Assembly (NCBI GenBank): GCA_964016885.1
Contig: OZ024762.1
Span: 3,348,001 to 3,412,000, forward strand
Direction: 5' to 3'
Origin: Eledone cirrhosa
Taxonomy: Eukaryota
Length of the DNA stretch: 64,000 bases
Below are positions 11,051 through 20,862 of the stretch, piece after piece. Within the stretch, counting starts at the first letter, position 1. Every line of letters starts with the position of its first letter. A program made the position numbers and the translations under genes. The notes below the pieces were generated by a model, which made no database searches, was not told the DNA's origin, and saw only the letters and a program-made list of their open reading frames with translations.

Positions 11051-12573
11051 TAAAGAAACAGTCAGCAAGGTTAGAATTAACAACGAATATAGTGAAGAGT
11101 TTAGCGTAAAAGTTGGCGTCCATCAGGGCTCTGTTCTCAGTCCACTACTATTTATTATTGCCCTTCAGGCTATAACAGAGGAGTTCAAGACAGGCTGCCC
11201 ATGGGAACTCCTATACGCAGACGACCTGACACTCATAGCGGAATCAATGGCCGAGCTAGAGAAGAAATTCCAAACATGGAAGCACGGCCTAGAGTCAAAA
11301 GGACTTAAAATTAACCTGGCTAAGACCAAAGTGCTAGTTTGTAGGAAAGAAAACAAGGCGGCGGTCCCTTCTGGGAAATGGTCGTGCTCGGTGTGTAGGA
11401 AAGGCGTAGGTAGAAACTCCATTTTATGTCCTAAATGCAAAGTATGGGTGCATAAAAGATGTAGTGGGATCACAGGTAAGCTAACTAAGAACATAGATTT
11501 TACATGTGGCCGGTGCTCTGGTGCAATAAGTAGCAGCAAGTGCCCACAAACTACTAGCTCTTTCAATTGCGCAGAGGGTTCTATAGAAATAGTGGACAGC
11601 TTCCGTTACCTGGGCGATAAAATCAGCAGTGGGGGAGGGTGCTCTGAAAGTACTGTAGCTAGAGTCAGAACTGGTTGGAAAAAGTTCAGAGAGCTTATAC
11701 CACTATTAGCTGCTAAAGGGTTCTCACTAAAAATGAAAGGCAGGTTGTACGATGCCTGCATACGAACAGCAATGCTGCATGGCAGTGAGACCTGGGCATT
11801 GTGTGCAGAGGATATACGCAGACTAGAGAGGAACGAAGCTTGCATGCTCCGCTGGATGTGTAACAGTAATATACGTGAACGGCAAAGCATAAACGAACTA
11901 AGGAAAAAATTAGAGATAAGAGGGATCAGATGTTGTTTACTCGAGAGAAGGCTACGTTGGTATGGACACGTGATGCGCATGAAAGTCGATAGCTGTATAA
12001 CAAAGTGCAGGGCAATAAAGATAGACGGTAGTCACGGAATAGGCAGACCTAGAAAAACCTGGGACGAGCTGATAAACTCCGACATCACACACTTACACCT
12101 CTCCAAGACAATGTCACTGGACCGAGACCTTTGGCGGTACTCAGTAACAGAGAAGACCCGCCTTACCTAAATATATAGTAAAACCTACTCCAGCCAGTAG
12201 GCATCTCTAACAAAATACACCCCGTCCCACCACCCCCACCCCCACCCGATCCACACCACCCCGTTCTATGTAAAGTTATGTTGGTGCCGCGCCTTCGAGG
12301 CCGAAACAAATGAGATCGTGTAGGTGTCACGACAAAAAAACACACAGTCCACGCTGTAATGTGGCCGTGTAGGCAACACGGTAAAAACCTCCCAGACCCA
12401 CACTGTAAATGTGGTTGGTGTTAGGAAGGGCATCCAACTGTAGAAAACCTGCCAGACAGTCCTATGCGAGCAAGACAATCACTCTTGCCTCAAGTGGGAC
12501 TACCCCCGTCCAAACCCATGCAAGCGTGGAACACGGACGTTAAACGTTGATGATGATGATGATGATGATGATG
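11050..12573 (+). mobile_element. RTE-clade LINE family A, 5'-truncated, uninterrupted RT C-half in a VPS54 intron
   Basis: GVHQGSVLSP, LLYADDL, FRYLG, RRLRWYGHVMR, GRPRKTW motifs; 3' UTR ending in (GAT)n. Confidence 0.93.
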
Positions 12574-12746
12574 AAATATATATATAAAAGAAAATTTCGC
12601 TCTACATGGAACACAATAAATGTAATCTGAGTTTTTCGAATATTAATAATAACATTCGATTCGTTTGCAATTATGCAAACAAGCCTCAATTTTATAACCA
12701 TGTCAGTAGAATGAACACTTCATTCTTGTTCTTGTGTTGGCATGCC

Positions 12747-12806
12747 AACAGAACTGCAGACACTAATGTTTCTGGGTATCACCCTTCATCAGTACAGCTC
12801 ACTGTT
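12747..12806 (-). ncRNA. Type-I hammerhead ribozyme motif, antisense in the last VPS54 intron
   Basis: Minus strand: aacagtgagctgta-CTGATGA-a-gggt-gat-accc-a-GAAA-cattagtg-TC-tgcagttctgtt; stems I, II and III all pair; GUC cleavage triplet. Confidence 0.75.
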
Positions 12807-12937
12807 CACCTACCAAACTGTCGGGGCTAGTGAAAATATATGGTATTTTCAAAAATACACAGTGACTGATCGGCCTGATTTGCATATTAGCAGACCCACT
12901 GATCAACCAGATTTGCATATCAGCAGACTAGCCTGCC

Positions 12938-12969
<32 letters not shown>

Positions 12970-13044
12970 TATAGTTCAAAATACAGACAAACATAGATAC
13001 AATAACAATAGCCATATTAGTTTCATGGTTGAAAGAAAAAAGAA

Positions 13045-13082
13045 AGTTTAATGTATCGGACATTAGTCCTTCATCAGTAGTA
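13045..13082 (-). ncRNA. Decayed minimal hammerhead motif
   Basis: CTGATGA-a-ggac-taat-gtcc-GATA-ca-tt; GAAA mutated to GATA; stem I poor. Confidence 0.4.
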
Positions 13083-13165
13083 GAGGAAATAAAAAAGTGA
13101 GGTTCACGTGTGTGTGTGTCTGTGTGTGTTAGTAATTAATTGATCTCCAAATGAATCTGTTGCAG

Positions 13166-13277
13166 GTTGGTCAACGCTGATATAAACTTCTATGAAACCA
13201 ACATGAAGCTTCTTAAAGGTGTTGACACCACTATCATCACGAACTTGCATACTGTTTGGACCAGGGAACCAGGATAG
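13166..13277 (+). CDS. VPS54: VPS54 last coding exon (LVNADINFYETNMKLLKGVDTTIITNLHTVWTREPG*)
   Basis: gttgcag| acceptor, phase-compatible; LVxADxxFY..LKG..W C-terminus; TAG at 13275-13277. Confidence 0.93.
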
Positions 13278-13318
13278 ATGGCCATCACCTCTGAAGAAGT
13301 AAATCTCCTGGTTTCTAA

Positions 13319-13324
13319 AATAAA
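13319..13324 (+). promoter_or_regulatory. Candidate VPS54 polyadenylation signal
   Basis: First AATAAA after the stop, followed by a T-rich tract; the UTR could be longer. Confidence 0.3.
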
Positions 13325-13503
13325 TGGATTTCATTAACGACTTCTTTTATTTAATATTTAAAACCGAAAAAAAAACTCAAACAAACAAAACAAAAATTAA
13401 TTGAAATACTCACACAAATGTTTTTGTTATTTCTTTATTCATTTGTTTATTTTTTTCTGTTTATAAAAAAAAAAGGTTATTTTACTATGTTTAAACTATG
13501 TGT

Positions 13504-13535
<32 letters not shown>

Positions 13536-13574
13536 GTCAGACTGAATAACTCTGATATTGAACTTTAGTGATGA

Positions 13575-14580
13575 AAAAGTACCCAGTCTAATCTGCCGGT
13601 CAGTTTGTCATTTTAATGTCACAGTAATAAATACCCAGTCTACTTTGCCTTTCAGTGGGTCGTTTTGGGGTCATGATAAAAAGTACCCAGTCTAACCTAC
13701 CTGTCAGTCGGTTGTTTTGGTGCCACAATATAAAGTACCCAGTCTAACCTTTCAGTGGGTCGTTTTGGTGCCACAATAGAAAGTACCCAGTCTAACCTAC
13801 CTGTCAGTTGGTCGTTTTGGTGCCACAATAGAAAGTACTCAGTCTAAGCTGAGTTGGTTGTTTTGGTGCCACAATAGAAAGTACTCAGTCTAAGCTGAGT
13901 TGGTTGTTTTGGTGCCACAATAGAAAGTACTCAGTCTAACCTGTCAGTTGGTCGTTTTGGGGTCATGATAAAAAGTACCCAGTCTAAGCTGAGTTGGTCA
14001 TTCTGGTGCCACAATATAAAGTACTCAGTCTAAGCTGTCAGTTGGTCATTCTGGTGCCACAATAGAAAGTACTCAGTCTAACCTGTCAGTTGGTCGTTTT
14101 GGGGTCATGATAAAAAGTACCCAGTCTAAGCTGAGTTGGTCATTCTGGTGCCACAATATAAAGTACTCAGTCTAAGCTGTCAGTTGGTCATTCTGGTGCC
14201 ACAATAGAAAGTACTCAGTCTAACCTGTCAGTTGGTCGTTTTGGGGTCATGATAAAAAGTACCCAGTCTAAGCTGAGTTGGTCATTCTGGTGCCACAATA
14301 TAAAGTACTCAGTCTAAGCTGAGTTGGTTGTTTTGGTGCCACAATAGAAAGTACTCAGTCTAAGCTGTCAGTTGGTCATTCTGGTGCCACAATATAAAGT
14401 ACTCAGTCTAAGCTGTCAGTTGGTCATTCTGGTGCCACAATATAAAGTACTCAGTCTAACCTGTCAGTTGGTCGTTTTGGTGCCACAATAGAAAGTACTC
14501 AGTCTAAGCTGAGTTGGTTGTTTTGGTGCCACAATATAAAGTACTCAGTCTAAGCTGAGTTGGTTGTTTTGGTGCCATGA
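13575..14580. repeat. 46-48-bp minisatellite (~21 units) with a 3-unit higher-order repeat
   Basis: aaagtacYcagtctaa...ggtgccacaata; the ggggtcatgataa variant recurs every 142 bp three times. Confidence 0.92.
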
Positions 14581-15163
14581 TTACAAACATCCAGTCCATG
14601 CTGAATTTATTAAAAGTGAAATATGATTGGCATTAGGAACGTCATCCAGTCATAAAAATCAAGCCAGAAACAGTTCTGTATTCAGGTCACTTGATCTGAC
14701 TTGTCTCACAACAGGACAACTTGTCTAATCCATACTAGCCAGGAATATGGACATTAAATGGTGGTGGTGGTGATGATGATGACATGCTGCTTGGCTCTCC
14801 CTCTCTCTCTCTATATATAGAAGAGGGCAACGTCATAACTTTCTGTCTATCTACCTCTTTGTATCACCTCAAAAACACGGCAATCCATTTTCTCTCTCTA
14901 CCTATGTACATATCTCTCACGTGGTGCTGCCCTCTCTATATAAAGTGAGTGCGACAGACAGACAGACAGAAAACGCTCTTATATATTTATAAACAGTGTG
15001 TGAAAGTCCCAAATCAAGGTTATTCAGTGTGACTATATTTTGAATAATACCGTAAGTTATGTTTCTTCATAAACATTGTATGGACTTCTCAGTTATTTAA
15101 AAATTGTATAATATTGTCATAATGCTTTTGAATCTGCTTCTAAACTTTATTTGTGTGTGCGTA

Positions 15164-15204
<41 letters not shown>

Positions 15205-15696
15205 CGTGTGTGTGTGTAGATGTATATATGTATGTGAGTAAATAAGTGTGTGTGTGTATATATATGTGTATATGTGTATGTATATATATATATATACATG
15301 TGTATGTGTGTATATAATATATGTACTTTTATTTATTTGTTTTGCAATACACTTGATATATTTAGTGATGGTCATGTTGCCAACAAAAACACAAGCAGTA
15401 TTTGAAGAGGCCACAAAATGTGTGATGAAAGAACTTTTGATGAACTAACAAATAACTCATAAGGGGGTCACTCTTAACACACTTAACGAAGCCTTTTTTC
15501 TTTTTATTAGTATGTAATGAAGGAGAGAAGAGCTGTACCCATAACTCTCTTTGGGGCCTCTGAGATTAGTGTTAGTGAAGAAAGGAAAGAAGGAAGGAGG
15601 GAGAGAGAGGAGAGGGACCCTTAAACTGAAGACTACAATCATCATTCATGCACATCACATGTCCATATCAATGCAGTCATCTCATAAATATATATG

Positions 15697-16655
15697 TATG
15701 CATTGCCCAGATGGTTCTATAGAAATAGTAGAGACTTTCCGTTACCTGGGTGACGAAATCAGCAGTGGTGGAGGGTGTTCTGAAAGTACAGTAGCCAGAG
15801 TCAGAACAGGATGGAAAAAGTTCAGAGAGCTTATACCGCTGTTGGCCACAAAAGGTTTCTCTCTAAAAATGAAAGGCAGATTGTATGATGCCTGCATACG
15901 AACAGCAATGCTACATGGCAGTGAGACATGGGCATTACGTGCAGAGGACCTGCGCAGACTGGAAAGGAACGAAGCATGCATGCTCCGTTGGGTGTGTAAT
16001 AGTAATATATGTGAACAGCAAAGCATAAATGAACTAAGTGAGAAATTAGGAATAAGAGGGATCAGATGCTGTTTACTTGAGAGAAGACTACGTTGGTATG
16101 GTCACGTGATGCGCATGAAAGATGACAGCTGTATAAAAAAGTGCAGGGCGATCAAAATTGATGGTAGTTACGGAGTAGGTAGACCCAGAAAAACATGGGA
16201 CGATCTGATAAATTCCGACCTTACACACTTACACCTCTCTAAGACAATGTCACTGGACCAAGATCTTTGGCGCTATGCAGTAATACAGAAGACCTGCCTT
16301 GCCTATGTACAAAGCGAAACCTACTATCAGTAGGCACTTCTTAACCAAATATACACCCAATCCACTACCCCTACCCTATTCTCCCACTCCCACCAACACC
16401 ACCCTCTCTCCGTAAAAGTTGGTACCACAACATCCAGTCCAAATAAATGAGATTGAGATCGTGTAGGTGTCACGATAAAACACACAGTCCACGCTGTAAT
16501 GTGGTCTGTAGGTAACACGGTAAAAAGTTCCCAGTTCCACACTGTAAATGTGGTTGGTGTTAGGAAGGGCATCCAGCCATAGCGAACCTGCCAGAAACAG
16601 TTCTGTATGAGCAAGACACAGTCTCCCGACTAATCTCGCCTCAAGTGGGACAAAA
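15697..16655 (+). mobile_element. RTE family A 3' fragment
   Basis: ORF 15551-16333 nearly identical to the C-terminus of the 11247-12170 ORF; same 3' UTR. Confidence 0.9.
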
Positions 16656-16855
16656 TTATGTGAAATAATTATGTGAGACAAAGCCTTTACAGTGAAAATA
16701 CAATAGTAAATACAGAGTAAAGTTAATGCTAAAGGGTTAAGAAAAATGCTGCGTTTTAATAAAACATTTATTCATTATAATTATTTCTATGGCGACCCAT
16801 ATGCTATAGAAATAATTATAATGAATAAACGTTTTGTGTAAACGCAGCATTTTTC

Positions 16856-17079
16856 TTAACCCTTTAGCATTTACTTTACTCTGTATTTACTATTGTATTT
16901 TCACTGTAAAGGCTTTATTTTACATAATTATCTCACAAAATAATGAATCTATGAGATTTTGATATTATTTATTTTGAGAGCAATACCTTAACATCAGTAT
17001 GGCTAGTTACGGCAGTTTGAACAGAAAGAGATGAGAGAATTCTGGCTGGGTACAGCTGGTTTAAATGTTAAAGGGTTAA
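16856..17079. mobile_element. TTAA-flanked (piggyBac-type) MITE family 1
   Basis: ttaa-ccctttagcattta...taaatgttaaaggg-ttaa; copies at 5086-5301, ~10015-10215, 50389-50617. Confidence 0.8.
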
Positions 17080-17086
17080 TGTTATT

Positions 17087-17121
<35 letters not shown>

Positions 17122-17299
17122 CGGCACACAAGCCAAAATTGCTTGCTGCCACGGTCGGAATTTTACATCTCTCTCTCTTTTTCTATATATATGTATGTGT
17201 ATGTGTGTATATATATATATGTGTGTGTGTGTATACTTACACATACTATATGTGAAAGGTAAACAGAAATAGTTTAATGCTTGAAATAGCAGGAAGAGG

Positions 17300-17337
17300 T
17301 TCTTAACATTTCGGACACTAGTCTTTCATCAGAAGAA
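17300..17337 (-). ncRNA. Minimal type-I hammerhead motif
   Basis: ttctt-CTGATGA-a-agac-tagt-gtcc-GAAA-tg-TT-aagaa; same core design as 13045-13082. Confidence 0.55.
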
Positions 17338-18061
17338 AGAATGAGAAATTAGAAAGATTGAGGAGACGGGCAGGGCAGAATACATATACATACATATATA
17401 TACATACATACACACACACACACACATATATATAGATATATAGTATGTGTGTCTTCTCTTCATAGAACAAAACTTCAGAGGGTAACGATCATCACCAGGT
17501 AGGCATTTTTATTTCCTGTTTTGAAAACTAAAGGAAGAAACCCATACAACATATGAAGTTAAATTCCCTCATGTTTTCTGTTAAATTTCTCACCCCAGGC
17601 AGTTATCACTGTATCTATTTATGATATATACACAAATATAAGCTGACCCCCTCCACTTATTTTATGTTTGAGAAATAGCCAAAAATTGAAACCCCCCCAT
17701 TTTAAGGTACCCAGCCCACACTGTACAGTGGTCATGCAGGAGTCATGACAAAAAGCACCCAGCCCACTGTAAAGTGGTCGTGCAGGAGTCATGACAAAAA
17801 GCACCCAGCCCACAGTAAAGTGGTCGTGCAGGAGTCATGACAAAAAGCACCTAACACACGTTCTAAATGTGGTAGGTGTTAGGAAGAGCATCCAACCATA
17901 GAAATCTAGCCAGAAACAGTTCTATATGAGCAAGACACGGTCACCTGACCCAACTTGCCTCAAAAGGGACAACCTGTCTAACCCATGCTAGCGGGGAAGG
18001 TGGACATTAAATGATGATGATTCTTTGGCTTATATTTGTGTATATATAGTGTATATCTATC

Positions 18062-18536
18062 TTAACTCTTTTGGTACCAAACCACGTGGAATTGGTCATG
18101 GTTCTATGATACTGAACTGTTTGTTCTAAAGTGTTTATATATATCTTTAAAAAAAACCTTCCATCATAATTCTATGTAACCTTTACTAAGTTATGTTCAA
18201 ACATTGCTGGTTCTACAATACAAAGCTGTTAGTTCTAATGTGTTTATATTTATTTAAAAAAACCTTCCATCATAATTCTATGTAAGAATATTTAAGTTAT
18301 GTTCCAAACACTGCTGGTTCTATGATACAAAGCTGCTTGTTTTTAAGTATTTATGTTTATCTAAAAAAAAACCTGCCATCATAATTTTATGTAAGAACCT
18401 TTGTTATGTTCCAAACATCAGCTTTACAATGTGGTAGTTAATGTCAGTAAAGCCTTCAAATTATTGATTATTTTAGAAATTGTCTGAAAAACATCCTCAG
18501 TGTCATTCATTAGAAATATGGTAACAAAAGGATTAA
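18062..18536. mobile_element. TTAA-flanked MITE family 2 with internal ~115-bp repeats
   Basis: ttaa-ctcttttggtacca...tggtaacaaaagga-ttaa; related sequence at 4058-4370 and 33790-36180. Confidence 0.65.
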
Positions 18537-18639
18537 AATATATATATACATCTAGCCCTTGGGTGAAGAAATTGAAACCTTTATGTTAATTTAATTAACA
18601 CCTCACTTACATTTTTAACTTTGTTCCTATGTTAAAAAT

Positions 18640-19025
18640 CTTTTATTCATAGTTGTATAAAAATATAATACTATAATGCTTTCAGAAGGAAAACACGTAA
18701 TATATGCAAATATAAACGCATAATAAAGAGGTAAACAAAACAAAAGAAGAAGAAAAAAAGCGGGTGATGGCGAGGCTAAGGTGCTGAAACAACCAGGCAC
18801 CCTCATGGCTATCACCTGACACCTCACTAAGGCGAGGCTAAGGTACTGAAACAACCAGGCACCCTCATGGGTATCACCTGACACCTCAGTAAGGTGAGCC
18901 ACCAGTGAAGGCAACAACTTCGCTGTCAGCGGCCCAACTCCACCAAATGTCTCAAACGTCACAGGCTGGAAAAAATAATTACTGGATAAATCCAGGTATT
19001 TCCGAATTATCCGTTCGGCAACAGA
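18640..19025 (-). mobile_element. CRE-like non-LTR retrotransposon 3' end (restriction-like endonuclease region)
   Basis: YFFQPVTFETFGGVGP...SGDTHEGAWLFQYLSLALVR resembles the CRE-clade F-P-xx-ET-G...LFQRLSxA signature; AATAAA near the 3' end. Confidence 0.65.
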
Positions 19026-19859
19026 ATCATTCTCCTCATTCAGCAATCTTTCATAATGACTCTTCCACTCCGGTTTCTTTTCAGTGCCTTTGTCATCTTG
19101 GACACATTTCTCACTAATGACATCACAATGTTTACCTAGAAAGTTCCCCTCTGACACGCAAGACCAGGCAAAGTTGTTTGTAGAAGACCAGCAGTTGCCC
19201 ATACATACCTGTCTCCCATATCTTGGACACATTTCTCACCAATGACATCACAATTTTCTCTAATGCACTGCCTCACAAACCTTACGATCCAGCACTGTGA
19301 CCACTACACCACAGACCTTCAATAAATCGGTACATATGTTATAAGGTGCCTTATTTTAAAAGAGTGGTGGTTTGGCAATAGAATCAGTGGAGCATCGGAC
19401 AACATGCTTTGCAGCATAGAGTTATAGCCCTTTACGTTTTCAGTTCTAATCCTACTGAGGTTAACTTTATTTTTCATCCTTACGGGGTTGATAAAATAAA
19501 GTAGCAGTAATGCACTGGGGTCGATTTAATCAACTTTCCCCACCCCAAAATTGTTGGCCCTGTGTCTAAATCAGAAACCATTATTCTAAGCGTACTAAAA
19601 CCTATTAACTATGTGTATTATTATTTTTACTTTGTGAAAAATGATAAAAAAAATATTTACGAGGAAAAGAAAAAAATGTCATCTTTCAAAAATAATCTAG
19701 AATCATTTTTCATGTTGAAATTATTCATAAGCGTACATATAGCCATGTATATTTGTAAATAAGACCTTTATTGTTCCAATCAGTTCACAAATACTCACCA
19801 AACACCAACCTGCACTCATGACTCCTTCCAAACTGAACCATACTTCTTCGCCCACTCAT

Positions 19860-20420
19860 TCCAGGGAGGGTCGTGGGAGCAGAGTCTTCAAACTCTCATT
19901 CCAGGGGGTCCTGTCAGAAGCAACCGTCTCCAACTGATCCAGCTGGATCCCCAAGCAAGACCAGCCAAGCTCATAGATGTTATCCAACCATCTTGCTCAG
20001 GGTCTACCCTGGGGTCTCCTGCAGTTTGGTTTGGTTTTGCCTGTAAAATCTGTCCAGCGATTCTTTCCTGAGACATTTTAACCACATGCTCATAGTATTG
20101 GAGTTGTGATCTCTCAATTCGTAAAAGTAGTGACTCTACCTGGAGTGACGCTCCAGTGATTCTTTCCTGAGACATTTTAACCACATGCTCATAGTATTGG
20201 AGTTGTGATCTCTCAATTCGTAAAAGTAGTGACTCTACCTGGAGTGACGCTCCAGCGATTCTTTCCTGAGACATTTTAACCACATGCCCATAGTATCGGA
20301 GTTGTGATCTCTCAATTCGTAAAAGTAGTGACTCTACCTGGAGTGACGCTCCAGTGATTCTTTCCTGAGACACTCTAACCACATGCCCATAGTATTGGAG
20401 TTGTGATCTCTCAATTCAGA
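19860..20420 (-). mobile_element. Third RTE family 3' end with a 99-bp internal tandem (~3.6 copies)
   Basis: IERSQLRYYGHVVKMSQERI repeated in ORF 19888-20382; related pieces at 1860-2270 and 3540-3660. Confidence 0.8.
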
Positions 20421-20862
20421 GAAGTAGTGGCTTTTAAAATTTGGCAAATCCAACGTAGACCACCCATCCTCTCAAACTGGGCATACATACCTGGACCTCA
20501 ACAGCCACATAATAGGGAACACAGACATTATCAAGCTGCAGCTGTTATATTATCTAGTTTGAAATAATGAAAATTATTGTGTACAGTGCTCAGGTGCACT
20601 ACAACTCATCAAAGGTGCATGTATAGTACATAGAATAATGTACAAATATCAGGAAAGTGAACAGTGTATGAGTTATGATACACACAGATACATGCGTATG
20701 TGTGTATGGAGGGCGAATATTAGGTGTAGTGTTGGCGAATTTTGGGAAGCACGGTGTGTTTGTGTGTGTATATGTAGGTGTGTTTTGTAAATCTTAATGT
20801 TTGTGTGTATATATATATATATATATGTATATGTGTGTGTTTATATATATATATATATATAT

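Noticed and set aside
11247-12170. Intact 307-aa ORF as a domesticated host gene
   Set aside because: 5'-truncated RTE copy with several close paralogues in the window; intactness is better explained by recent insertion
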